Origin: Eledone cirrhosa
Lineage: Eukaryota
NCBI GenBank assembly: GCA_964016885.1
Contig: OZ024740.1
Span: forward strand, 54,250,001-54,314,000
Direction: 5' to 3'
DNA: 64,000 nucleotides
The notes under the pieces were generated by a model. The model searched no databases and was not told where the DNA came from. It worked only from the letters and a program-made list of their open reading frames with translations. The position numbers and the translations under genes were made by a program. Each line of letters starts with the position of its first letter. Positions within the stretch are counted from its first letter, which is position 1. Of this stretch, positions 1 to 12,699 are shown one piece after another.

Positions 1-832
1 GATTTTTATCTCGTCGTCTTTTATGTCAGAATTGGCTTTGGCGAATGCTAAGGCTTTATCCAAGGTGTTGGGGGATATAGATGAGTAATAATCGTTAATG
101 TCAAATTGTATAAATTTAGATGCTTCTTTCTTAGCTATATTTTTAAACCACTTAATTGTTTCGCTAGCGTTACCCCATAGTTTAATCACTACTTTATTCT
201 TCATTTGTGCTATCACTCTGTCTAATATATGTTTACTAATTTTCCCGATGTCCGATTTGGACGGACATATATGTCTAATTGTGGCGTTATAATCAAAATT
301 TACCTTGTGGTCCTTGAGATTAAATGTGGGGGTACATGGCCTAAGTGGCTCCGTTCTGTCGTCTGTTCCTAGGTGTTTGACTATATTGTGTGCCTCTTTG
401 TTGATGTTTATCAGTGCCGCCTCATTTGTTTTCTTGTATTTCCTATGTAATTCCTTCCGTATGAAGCTATTGTATGTATTAACATCCATCGTATACACAT
501 TTGATGTTTTGTCTGCTTTGACAATAATTCCATTGGTGGTTCGCAGCTTTTTTAGGAATGTATTTATGTCATTCTGGAGTTTTTTTATTCCTCCGCTTTT
601 TGAATTTGATATTCATAATCATCTTCAGTAAGTCCTGTTCAAAGGCATCCATTTGAGGGTTGGTAGGTGTGTTCTTACACAATTTGTTTCCTTGTTGTAT
701 TCCACGGTGCGACCATTACGTCCTTTGTCGAAATGGAAAGTTTTCCATCTAACTCTGCGTATAAAGTGGTTTGTTTGCTGTATCATCCCGAGAGTATAAT
801 CCTTTTTCCTAGGTATAGGAATGTTCTTTAGG
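1..832 (-). mobile_element. Penelope-like retroelement (Naiad-like), N-terminus and start of RT, frameshifted; continues off the window
   Basis: Manual minus-strand translation: LKNIPIPRKKDY..FIRRVRWKTFHF..AFEQDLLKMIMNIKF..IVKADKTSNVY..LKDHK..PSKSDIGKISK..FIQFDINDYYSSI; homologous to the PLE ORF at 12700-14770. Confidence 0.88.
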
Positions 833-840
833 AATGTTCT

Positions 841-871
<31 letters not shown>

Positions 872-876
<5 letters not shown>

Positions 877-1050
877 ATAATAATAAATTTGAAGACTAAA
901 ATCCAAAGAAGGCTCGATAAGTATAAATATATATCACATATTTAAGAACCATAGAGCAAATATTTATTAAAATAACAGATTCAATTTTAAGCAAAGAATC
1001 GCTGCTTTCACAATTAACGGGATCTTCTGAAACTAAAAAAATTAATCTGT
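872..1050 (-). mobile_element. Short (TA)n-associated PLE-terminus family B, copy 1 (HHR-like fold at 975-1050)
   Basis: Sequence shared with 39604-39790, 42340-42434, 42901-43076 and 54971-55058. Confidence 0.75.
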
Positions 1051-1450
1051 GAACGCAGAAGTAAATATTTCGAAAAATGTTGCTACCGAAGGAAGAGAGG
1101 AAGACGATATTTTGGTTCGTGGAAACGTTCTGGCAAAGAACGAAAAAAACGAAGTTAATACGTCATCATTTGGAGCGGTGAAACAATTACACGCAGAGAC
1201 AAAACCACGTCTATGGTATAAATGAAGTCGTAGACTAATATTCTATTAGGTAGTTCGTGGAGACGTTTTCTGGCAATGAACGAACAAAATGAAGATAATA
1301 TGTCATTATGTGGAGCGTGGAGAACAATTACACGCAAAGGCAAAACCACGTTTATCGTATAACTGAAGTCGTAGAATAAAATTCTATTTAGGAAACCGAA
1401 TGATACTCGGCTCAGAGTTAAGAATAAAGTAAATAAATACAGAGGTAATT
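1048..1450. repeat. Unclassified interspersed repeat with an internal tandem duplication of about 140 bp; second copy at about 40745-41010
   Basis: gaac.cagaagtaaatatttcga..aggaagacgatatt.ttggttcgtg..gactaatattctatt occurs at both loci; 1115-1250 is repeated at 1255-1390. Confidence 0.7.
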
Positions 1451-2159
1451 GAAATTAAATATATACATACACACATCCATATACGTACTTACAAGAGCAT
1501 ATGCGAAAACACTCCCCATGGGTATGCAAATACAAGCACGTACACACAAAAAAAAAACACAAAAAAACACACGCACATACAGAACCCACGCAATGCCTGT
1601 GCCGCACACATACGAACGTATACACCAAATACACATAAAATATATAAATAAAAACATATATATATACACATGTGTGTGCGTGTATACATAATTAAATAAA
1701 CGTATATTAATATACACACATAAATACGTATACAACAAGCGCACACACACACCCACATGTAAAGACACATGTTCGCGGACCTACGTCATCCAAAACACAA
1801 AGTACACATATACACGCACCCTACATACGTACGAACCCGCATACTCACACATGCGCAAAACTCACGTATACACATAACCAAATGTACATGTACCAGTATA
1901 TATAATATATACGTATATATAATATACGTATATATAATAATATATATAATAATATATATAATAATATGTAATAATATATATATTTAATATACGTATACAT
2001 AATATATACGTACCTTCACAAAACATACAGGTAATATATACTTACCTTTACGAATTAGTAATGGTATTAACATAACATATACTTAGCTACTACATCAAGA
2101 CGGAAAATATCCGCGTATAGTTCGTACTATCCGTTAGGGTATAACGTGGGGCTGTAATA

Positions 2160-2748
2160 CAGGAAAGTTTTGTGCATTTTATGTTTACAAGCCGAAATTG
2201 CCTCAGATTTTTTGTTTAAGATGTGGTCTTTGGCGTAGATTATATGGGATTTTATTTCCGTTATACGATCTAGCCTTAGCTAGGATCTCCAAGTGTAACT
2301 TATATTGGGTGTGGTTGTCTTTTAGACTCCAGATATAAGCTGAAAGTGACGTCATATTCCTTCTTAAAGGGTTAAGAAAAGAATGGGTATGCATGTAAAG
2401 ACGCCGATTAAATCTATTGCCGGTTAACCCTATGTAGGCCCTATGGGACGTGAGTGTTTCAACCTTACATTTGTAGACAATGTTACTAGAGCGGAATTTC
2501 CCGGATAGTGGGCAGTCAACCCGATTCCTACAATTACAGTTAGTACTAGTTACAGGGTTGCACGTGTTCCTACGGCTAGGTAATTTAGCTAAATTTGAAG
2601 CTGTGATGTTATGAGCAGGGTTAGGTGTCGTAGAGTAAGAAATTTTAATGGTATTTCTATTAAAAATGTTACTATATTTATGTGCTGGGAGGAAATGCTT
2701 CATAATAGGGGAGAGAAAGATCTTAGCTAAAGGTGTGGCCACCTCCAT
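2160..2748 (-). mobile_element. PLE 3' fragment: GIY-YIG endonuclease region
   Basis: ORF 2203-2748: NTIKISYS..CNC..CPLSG..IVYKC..AYIGLT..F..R..H..LSAYIWSLK; shifted frame gives LNKKSEAISACKHK. Confidence 0.9.
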
Positions 2749-2765
2749 ATTATATATATATATAT

Positions 2766-2885
2766 GAAGTTGTGTGGCTGAGTGGTTAGAGAATTGGATT
2801 CACAATCTTGAGGTTGTGAGTTCGATTCCTGGACCTGGCGATACGTTATGTCCTTGAGCAAGAAACTTTATTTCACGTTGATCCT
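2766..2885 (+). mobile_element. tRNA-derived SINE (type 2), 5' part
   Basis: A box gtggctgagtggttag, B box gagttcgattcc, then tgtccttgagcaag..actttatttcacgttg. Confidence 0.75.
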
Positions 2886-3764
2886 TCTACCTAGAGTTGC
2901 GACCGATAGATAGTACTAGCAACTGAAAAGACCGATGAAAACATTGTTTCCTCGGTCTGATTTGACGAAAGTCGATCGATCCTTTTGTATACATATATAT
3001 ATATATTTCAGGCGCAGTGTAACCAAGTGGATATCAAATTTGGAAAAAACCACACAAGCTGCAGTTTGCCTCTGATCTATTGACAAGTACATATTTCTAG
3101 ATCCTTCAAATTTTCATATGAACGACTTTTTTCTAATACATATATGTCATTCAAATTTAACTAACCTATTTATTTTCATCCATATTATATTAGATATGAT
3201 ATAGCCTTTAGGAAATGTTTCATTGTAAAAAGAATATCCTTCTCATGTTGACAATATAACGGAAGCTGCTTTTCACATCATTAAAGATCAATAAATGAAA
3301 CTAACACATTTATATTTCAGCTGATATTTTCTCTGAAATCAAAACATTATGTTTTATATTAATTACATTTCGACTTGGTTAGTACAAAGCAACCTTTTCT
3401 GCTTTAAGACATGTACAATAATTTTACCTCCTGGCAAAACAAATATTACATAAAATAATCGAAGTATGTGATGTCGATTTGATAGGTCGGTTAGGAAATA
3501 AGTGAAACAGACTACATTATAATGTGTAGCTGAAGTGTAAATTTAAAGATATTGCTGGAAACAATATTGCTTTCAGGAAGTAGCCATTGAACATGTTATG
3601 AGTTTAATTGGGTCAAAGCGTATTGCGTTAACATCTGTGAGTTATACATAATAATTTTCATTAGATTAGATGTTTTTATTCAAAAAATTTAACCGGACTT
3701 AAAACATCGACGTTTAACTGAAGATGTAGCAGCTATTAAAGATATCTTATTCTTATTCTCCTAA

Positions 3765-4420
3765 TTCTTCTTCTTCTTCTCTCATTCATTCCTGGCGGGG
3801 ATGTGGTGGCACATAGTTCAAGCAGGCCTTCCAGCATGTCATGTCAGAAGCAACCGTCTTCAGTTGATCAGGCTGGATCCCCAAGCGAGGTCAGCCACGT
3901 TCATCTGTTATCCAAGCAGTTTTCTTACTGTCTACCCTTGGGTACCCTGCCGGTTGGTTTTGGGCAGCGTTTATTCCTGAGACTTTCTACATGTCCGTAT
4001 TATCGGAGTTGTGACTTCCCAATTCGGAGAAGTGACGGCTCAACTTAGAGCGACTTACTGGTCTAGAAGCTAAGCACTCTATTGAGTATCGTTCCTCCTA
4101 AGACACTGTGGAGGAACCCCATTTCGACCGCGTGTATTCGTGATCGTATTCTCTCGTTCATTACCCAAGATTCATGACCATATGTAAAGCTTTGCACGAA
4201 TACGGAATTAAAGTTAACTACATTCGATTTTACATCTACCTACCTTCTGATGACAAAAGTCTGAGGCTGGCGCATTACTGTACTAGCTTCTCCAATTCAA
4301 CCTCCTGCTTTCCATTACTCGGGAAGACGAACCCCAGTTACATGAAATTCTCCACCTGCTTCAGTGGAACTCCACTCACATGTAAAGAGCACTGCACGGG
4401 TTTTCATAGAGATGTTGCAA
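3765..4420 (-). mobile_element. RTE-type LINE 3' fragment, degenerate
   Basis: Minus-strand PLKQVENFM*LG (the F.YLG motif of the RT C-terminal region), downstream RTE-like sequence, and a short (GAA)n tail. Confidence 0.65.
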
Positions 4421-5818
4421 TTTAAATTAAGTTTATTTCATTATTCGTATATAAAATTCGTATATAAATCGTATATAAAATTATTTATTTACAATTACGC
4501 TAAATTGGGGATTTATAATAAGCATACTTTTTATTCTCGCTTTGAGAGAAACAACTCTGAAATAATATACACCACTCGTACTCCGATACCGAACTAACTT
4601 TGATATGATCATAGCTTAAAATATTCACAGCATGACTAAGTATGTGTTATATTTTACAGATAATGACAAGTGCCTCTTGGTTTCTGAATAGTTAATAATT
4701 TTATGTACATAACATTTATTAGCTTACTATATAAAGATCATATGAAGGTATCAACACTGAATATTTTATGGCCATTAGTTAAATGTTCGTCACTGGGAAA
4801 TTTTACCCTTGCCCCATTTGATTTATCTGTTACTATCCTATAATGTAAACTTAGTTTACACGACATTTAAATACGTTGTTTTCAAGGTTAAGTAATATGA
4901 CCAATGTTAGATTCTGCTACTTTTAAATTTTGATATTCATTTTCTCTTTACTAATACTCGTCCTAACACGACGGATATAACACTTTTCATCCATATACCC
5001 AAATCCATTATTCAACGGCCTGGTGCATCATAAGAGGAAAAAAGATAAAGAAATTAATTTTAAGGAAAACTTAGTTTCTAATCCTGTCTGTCCGGAGGAA
5101 GTTCAAGAGAATAATTTATAATCCGACATGTCGTTTTATATTTAGAGATAATTTTATTTTTACTTTATTTTCATTTTTTTAATTCGGTTGATAACTTGCA
5201 GGTCATCAGCTAAAGTAAAACGGGAGAAATTATATCTGTGCTTTGCAGGCATTGAATAAAGAACAATCCCTCAAATCTTTGAAAACTATACTTTAATTTT
5301 CTTTTAATCTCTCTTAGCCTGAGTTCTTTCTTCTTCTATCTTACACCCCCTCTCCACCACACCCGCCAACTCTCTTTTATTCCGCTTCGCTGTATTTTTC
5401 ACATTTCATCTGGCTGCCTTATTTTCCCTCATGTTAATAGATTTCGAATCCGTAGTCATTGAGAACATCTATAATCAACTGCATTCCACATCTGCTGGTG
5501 CATCGAGGACTACAACAATATATTGTTCATTGATTAAAATCGAACGGTGTAATTTAAAAGCTGATATTTCTAGCACGCCATCCCTTTATTATAATATTTT
5601 ATATTTTCTTATGATAAATAACACGGATTAATAATGTTATTGTACAGTTGGTGTATTGAGTGACCAGCAGTGTTATTTAAACTGAATGGTCCCATATTTT
5701 GCATTACCTTTATCTGCAAATTCTCTTATAAATGGGCCTCCATAATAACGTCGGCCTGGTAAATTGTCTTGATTATCTCCATTCCCACATTCATTTGTAT
5801 TATTTTTGCCTCCTGAAG

Positions 5819-6040
5819 GGCAGCGGATTGGCAGCATCGGTAGAGGGTCGGACACCATGCTTTACAGCATAGAGTTACGGGCCTTTATGATCTGAGTTCA
5901 AATCCCGCCGAGGTTAACTTTGGATTTCATCCTTACGGGGTCGATAACATAAAGTACCAGTCACGCACTGGGGTCGATTTAATCGACTTTCTCCTCTCCC
6001 AAAATTGCTGGCCTAGTGCCTATATAAGAAACCATTATTT
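5819..6040 (+). mobile_element. tRNA-derived SINE (type 1) with Nin/Deu-like core
   Basis: tggcagcatcggtag A box, gagttcaaatcc B box, core tttcatccttacggggtcgataa..aagtaccagt; at least 8 copies in the window. Confidence 0.85.
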
Positions 6041-6509
6041 TTGTTTACTAAAGGATGGATTTTCAGAGTCGTTAGGGCATTGAACAAAGCGATTTATTAG
6101 GGCTCGTTAATTACGGAATTTAATTCCTGCCAATATCTCTTTTGCTTTTCATATTTCCTGGGTAAACAAAATAAAGTATAGAAGAACTGTGATCGGCATA
6201 AATGTCCTCCACTTCACCGGAATTACCGACCTTGTGCCTAAATTAGAACATGTTATTTTAGCTTACATTTATCGCGTTTCCAAATATTTTAGCATTTCCT
6301 TACATATGCAATTGGGGAATGAGGGTATAATTCCATTTAAATACATTCTAGTCTTATTCAACATTCGGAATAGAAATGGTTTTTGAATAAATAGTCAAAA
6401 TGCAATCTTAAAATTATCTGGAAGATTTGCATATATCAAGAAGATAATTTCACTCAGTTTTTCAGTTATCACCAATATTTACTGTTAAGTATTTTTCTAT
6501 GGTTTGCTC

Positions 6510-7720
6510 ACTTCCGAACCCTCTTTGGGGTCTCGAGACGAACAATCATCGTGCATCCATCGAAACGGCTCAAAGGACAGGTCGTACGCCTATCACCAAT
6601 TGTTGTGGCATAAAACGGAGACTGAAATATATTTTTTGAGCAGGCCCTCTTAACCCACGCGAAGTATGATATGGTATGGTTCTTTTTCCTACCTCTCATC
6701 ATATTGCAGTTTTTGTGGTCGTCTTTGAACCAGTCACCAATCTGGTACTTTCCCCAAATCCCGGACACTCTATTATGAACACCTTCTTCCATCACAGACA
6801 CATCCATAAATATACATCGTATAAAGGGAATCAGGGACAGAGATCAAAAATTGATTTTGATATTTTCTATGACCTCTTCATTTCTGTACTGAATGTTCGT
6901 TTTAAAAGATGTGCTGAGCTGTGAACTGATCACCATCTAGTTATTTGGAATTTGCAAGCTACAGCCAAAGAAGCCCACACAACTTGCAGGTTGAAGGTTC
7001 ACTATAGGGAAGCATTGAGGGATAAGGAAATCAGAACCCGGTATGCAGATACTATTGCAGTCAAATTCAATGAACTCCTGAGCAAACTGAGGCCGTTGAG
7101 ACGGAATGGGATTGTTCAGCTCAGCAATTTATACTTCTGCTGTTAAATACTGCGTGGGAAAGAAGGATGGTGTGGCGTCGGAAGGGCACAAGAGACCGTT
7201 GTATTAATCAAGTGGTAAATATATCATTCGAGCAAAGAAGGAGGCCTACAAAGCTTGGATTAGAGATAAGTCCTCCTTCATGCATTTGCAGTACATGCAG
7301 GCACAAAGAATCGCAGCAGAGACAGTAAAGGCGTCCAAAGTTAAGACATGGGAGGATTTTGGGGTTAAGATGGAATCCCTCTTCAGATAAGCAAATAAAA
7401 TATTCTGACAGATTATCCGGTGACATAGTAATAAGAAGTCTTCCCCAACACATGCTATGAGGAACGCGGTTTAGGTTCTAATCTCTTTTTAGAGAGGTGT
7501 ATTTTCGTGAGTGAGTGAGAATACATTGCTGATCTCCGATCACAACAGTTTTTTCCGATGTACGTGAGGTGCATATGGGAGTGGTGACTAGTCTTTCGGA
7601 GGCTGGGTTCAAAAGAATAGTTAAAGAGCTCAAATTGGCTTAGGCCACCGGGGAAGATGGAATCCGGCCCGAGATATAAACAGCCTTAAATAGAGAAGGT
7701 ACTCTCATACAAATCTGCCT
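6510..7720 (+). mobile_element. RTE-type LINE 5' fragment (AP endonuclease and linker), degenerate
   Basis: MNTFFHHRHIHKYT..QRSKIDF..TDHHLV (APE motifs) and ..ATGEDGIRPE (RT start). Confidence 0.75.
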
Positions 7721-7799
7721 AACATTCACAGGTACGTACCAAGATCTTAAAAATATATTTAGTTACACAAAAACAAACTCAAATATGCACACTCATCAT

Positions 7800-8700
7800 C
7801 ACATCACTTATATGCCATACGACGCATCCCTCGGGGTTGGGGAAGAAGTGTCGTAACAGGATCAAATCTTTGACGGAAATGGCATTTTGGTAGGGGTTAA
7901 GTCGGTGGGATGATAAGCGAGACGGAAGAGGTTGATATTTAGTCGACTTTATAAGCACGGCTGATGAAGTCGACTTATCTGGTGTGAATGGGATGAGAGA
8001 ATGTTTTAGTGACATAGGAATGGGAGTCAGTAGGCTTGTAGAAAATAGAAGTTGAGAAATTGTCGCGAGAATGCTCCACCGATAGGAGATATCCAGAAAT
8101 TGGAACCACTTAAGAGACGTAGAAAGAGAATTCAAGAGCGGGATTTAAAGGTTTGTTACAGGACAGAAAAATCGAGCAGTTCACGAGAGAGTATAAATCT
8201 GCGATGGGTCCAGTAGGTTGTGAACAGATTATAAATGAAATGATTAGCTTAATTGAGTTCCATTCCTTTTCCAATGCCAAACCCAACGAACACCTGTCGA
8301 ACTCTCCGAAAAAAACAAAACAAAAACATAAACAGTTGTCTGTTTGAATGGACTCAGCAAGGCGGTGGAATATATAGGTACCAGGATAGTGTGTGGGTCA
8401 TAGATCTAGAAAATGTTGGAGATGAATATCGGTATTCAGAGAAATGATGTCCTTGGTGAGGTGACTGCAAGACGTGCAAGGAGAATAGAGGGTATCGAAG
8501 CGTTTCCGGGCGGGGTTAGTGTCGTAATTGTACGGCTGATGCCAGCCCGAACAAAGTATTTGGATTATATTGTAACCACCATGTAATTTCACGCAAGTTC
8601 TTCTCCCTTCTTGTCTTGTAAAATGCTAAAGGAGAGTGTTTAACTAGCTTCTTAGACAATGTGTCGTCGGGTGGACCAGAAATACTGTCGGTAGTGATCA
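7800..8700 (-). mobile_element. Degenerate fragment, probably a PLE N-terminal region
   Basis: PFTPDKSTSSAVLIKSTKY resembles the PLE (A)DK...V....Y motif; many stops. Confidence 0.4.
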
Positions 8701-9237
8701 AAACTTATACGTTCATTTCGATAGCTTATAATCATGGATTGCAACACTATTTATGAGGCATGGAGGTGACCCTCATCATCCTTTGTTCAGTTGCTCACTA
8801 CTTACAATCCAGCCTATCTCATGTTTTATCCTCATACTGTTGTCAAATTCTGACTGTTCAGAATTGACTATTGCTATTAGCCCACATTTTGCTTTTTGTG
8901 ACTCCTCCTTTCTATGTTTGTTTTCGTCTGTACGGCTCTGATTAAACATATTCATAACACTTTATTTTATTCAAATGTGAAACATATAATTTACCCAACA
9001 TTTACGAGATTTCTACTTCTTTTTTGTCTTTTAAAATACTCCACAATAATGATATATATCTTCTTAGAAACTACAACATTGAATGGACCAGAAGTGCCGT
9101 CTGTAAAGGTCAAAACTCTGTACGTCTATCTATCCTGCATCTGTTACCAATTTTGCAATGATATTTGTAACACTTACAGCTACTCCCCATCGTTGCCTCT
9201 GTTGAGTTATTCTCTGTCTTTCCCACCATTTCCCTTA

Positions 9238-9268
<31 letters not shown>

Positions 9269-9394
9269 TCTTTATATACGTGTGAAGCGGATATTTCCTG
9301 CAAAACAGGCAGGGTTTCTATGTGTGTGTGTGTGTGTGTGTTCGTGTATATATATGTGTGTCTGTGACCAGTGTATATAGAGTCACAGACACCC

Positions 9395-9427
<33 letters not shown>

Positions 9428-9434
<7 letters not shown>

Positions 9435-10405
9435 CTTAGAGTTTAGACTCAGAGAGGTCATTTACAATCATTTCAGCTCTAGGAATTGCTTCTGAGCAGT
9501 ATAAATTAATATTTGATGAACATTTACATGTTATAGTTGCAATTGACTAATAAGATCGCTAGAGTGAAAAATCTTAATTCAACAACATAAGGTCTGCCTG
9601 TACGATCTAGAAAATAATAAATCAATACTCACAGACTCATATGGGCAAAAAGCCTTGGTACCTAGACACGTTTAAAATTCAAAATACCAAGGCTTTTTGG
9701 CCATATGAGTCTGTGAGTATTGATTTATTATTTTCTAGATCGTACAGGCAGACCTTATGTTGTTGAATTAAGATTTTTCACTCTAGCGATCTTATTAGTC
9801 AATTGCAACTATAACATGTAAATGTTCATCAAATATTAATTTATACTGCTCAGAAGCAATTCCTAGAGCTGAAATGATTGTAAATGAACTCTCTGAGTCT
9901 AAACTCTAAGCTATTTATCACTGCTCCCCAAGGCGAGCTGAATTTTGTAATCCCATACAAACGGCTGTTATTTCTAGCACTATGTGTGGGACGTTAGAGG
10001 ACTGGAATAAGCCGTGTGCAAAACCTCGTGTATTTTCGCTACGCTAACCAGACCTTAGATATTTTTCTAAGGTTGAGTTATTTTATTTTTATCTGGGTGC
10101 CTATTGATAAACACAGAAAAAGTTGATTAACTCACTGCTAATTAGTTAATTATTGTACTATTATACCATCCTTTGTGAAACATGTTTGAAGTTTGAAGTT
10201 CTGACCGATCTGCGGAAATAGTTTGTATTTTGAATGTTAAACGTGTCTAGGAACCAAGGCTTTTTGCCCAGATGAGTCTGTGAGTATTGATTTATTATTT
10301 TCTAGATCGTACAGGCAGACCTTATGTTGTTGAATTAAGATATTTCACTCTAGCGATCTTATTAGTCAATTGCAACTATAACATGTAAATGTTCATCAAA
10401 TATTA

Positions 10406-10410
<5 letters not shown>
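9428..10410. mobile_element. ORF-less (TA)n-inserted element: inverted arm (9428-9687) plus tandem repeat with 567 bp period
   Basis: 9428-9660 is the reverse complement of 9686-9917; 9686-9843 is repeated at 10253-10410; (TA)n on both sides. Confidence 0.85.
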
Positions 10411-10458
<48 letters not shown>

Positions 10459-10462
<4 letters not shown>

Positions 10463-10649
10463 AGTAAGTAAGACCCCGACGGCTGAGCTCAAGCCGTTTC
10501 GACGGCTAATTCTGTACAGAATTCGCCGTCGAAACGGCTTGAGCTCAGCCGTCGGGGTCTTACTTACTCCTATTACCCACTCTACTACCCTAAGTATTGA
10601 GTACTTTGGTGCGTTATGGTCCACCTGGTTCCTTACCACTTTTCCTTCG

Positions 10650-10650
<1 letters not shown>
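10459..10650 (+). mobile_element. Family A: micro-insertion of a PLE 3' terminus with an inverted arm
   Basis: Palindrome 10459-10572 plus a tail of about 78 bp, matching the PLE terminus at 15285-15420. Confidence 0.88.
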
Positions 10651-10690
<40 letters not shown>

Positions 10691-10695
<5 letters not shown>

Positions 10696-11376
10696 AACAA
10701 GGGGCAGAAGAATAATGCATGGTTGCACATGGATTACATATTATCAAATTAGTCCCTCATCAGTGATTTTGCCAACCATCATTGGTATTTCATCGCATTA
10801 AAAATCAGATACCTCGCGTTGGTGCGAGCAATAACTAAAATAAGCTATTGGGACAAGTGAAACGCGTAAACGAGTGAGACAAGTGAACAACAGAAGGAAA
10901 AGCAAACTGAAGGTTGGAAAACAGCAAGCCACATGGTAGTTATCCGATCAGCATAAGCTGGCTGAATTTCATGAGCGGTCAGAGAAGCAGACCGTACGCC
11001 GTGAGTGCGGTGTGAGAAAGAAGGAACCCCACTAGTAGCGAACGGGAGGAAGTGAGAAGGAGAGAAACAGAGAGTGGGTGAGTGGAAGTGCGAGGAAGAG
11101 GTCAGTCGAGAGAAAAAGTGTAACTGACAGAGAGGGTGAAAGAAGGTAAGAGAAACAGAGAGAACGGGAGAGCAGTAAGAGAGAAAGAGAGAAACAGATA
11201 ATCGCAGTTTAGGTAAATATATATGAAAAACAAGGGGAAGAAGAATACTGCATGGTTGCACATGGATTACATATTATAAAATTAGTCCCTCATCAGAGAT
11301 TTTGCCAACAATCATTGGTATTTCATCGCATTAAAAATCCGATACCTCAGGTTGGTGCGAGCAATAACTAAAATAA

Positions 11377-11378
<2 letters not shown>
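10691..11378. mobile_element. ORF-less (TA)n-inserted element with terminal direct repeat (533 bp period); related copy at 38883-39340
   Basis: 10691-10845 is repeated at 11224-11378; (TA)n on both sides. Confidence 0.82.
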
Positions 11379-11458
<80 letters not shown>

Positions 11459-11469
11459 GAACGAGTAGG

Positions 11470-11565
11470 ACCCCAACGGCTCAGCTCAAGCGGTTTCGAC
11501 GGCTAATTCTGGACTAAATTAACATTTTTATCCTGGTATATGAATAGCCGAGCTTCTCAGGGGGT
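11470..11565 (-). ncRNA. Type I hammerhead-like ribozyme (variant core), left pseudo-LTR copy
   Basis: Reverse complement of 15231-15326; cleavage triplet GUU. Confidence 0.6.
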
Positions 11566-12699
11566 AATTCCATATATGGTAAAAGTGATTGTCACAAGAA
11601 TTGGTCAAAAGTCTGTTGTTGAGACACATAATTCTATCATGGCAATTTGTGGAAGGAAGGAGTAGCTGAACCTGCCAGTAGAAGAAAGAGGGAGAGGGGG
11701 TGGAGGAAACCCAGTCGTGCGTTGATAGTCCCAACTACAGCAGGGCAGCAGGTCAAGGAAGCATACTAGGGAGGGGGAGGAGGATGAAGTCGAAACAAAA
11801 AGTAAAACAATATGGGGTAAATATATAGAAGAATACCGCGAATGTTAAAAAAAAACCCCAAAAACCCCAATTATTGGTTACTATTCCCTAACGACAGCCA
11901 TCAAGTCTCTCAGTTGTGCTGCTAGACTATAGAAAAGTTTACTAGGTGGGACGGAATTATAATGAGACCCTTTTAAGAGGTAGTAGTAATCAACCGAGTA
12001 TATCTTACAGTGACGGGTCAACAAGTGTGGGGCCAACATACTAAAGAAACTACCACGAAATAATAATTCAGAGTCCCGAGACCAATACGAAATAATTGTT
12101 TCTACCCTAGGCACAAGGCCAGCAACCACCCAGTGCAAAAAAATAAACTAATACGAAATAATAAATCAGAATCCCGAAAAAGAATACTAATACTATCTCT
12201 AAGGGTGCCGCTACGATACAAAAATTCTAGTGCAAACTATATAAATGCTCGTACGAAGTATATGAAAAGTTTGATACGGAAAATTAATTCAGAATGCCTC
12301 CCCCCCCCCCCCCCCCAAAAAAAAAAAATACCGATATACGAGAAATTAAAGCAAAGATACCACTAAGAAATGTAGAAAGCACGGAAAAGGGGCGACCATC
12401 GGATAAGAAAGCAAGTATCCGGGGTCTTTCACATCTGCTATAAAAAGCGGAGTCGGCCAATTCTATCATAGAATAGGGGAAGGGAGTGGGGGGTACTGAG
12501 GCTACAAAGGATCGAGGGGCTGCCTCGGGTGGGCGAGAAAGTGAAAAGGACGACGACAAAGAAAGAGGACTGGGGTGGAAGGACTAGGAAGGGATGGGGG
12601 AAGAAAAAAATATAGAGGAAGCGATAAAAAGCTATAAAAGAAGATCTTACGTCTACCTTTGCAAGCAGGGGATATTCATTACAAAGTCGGCAAGTGGGG

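Noticed and set aside
5702-5820. Possible minus-strand exon with AG/GT boundaries
   Set aside because: No recognisable protein, the acceptor overlaps a SINE junction, and there are no partner exons
5819-5910. tRNA gene
   Set aside because: A and B boxes only; it is the head of a multi-copy SINE with no complete cloverleaf
10459-10572. MITE, CRISPR repeat or miRNA hairpin interpretation
   Set aside because: Arm length varies among copies and the sequence is the terminus of the adjacent PLE; there is no regular repeat-spacer array
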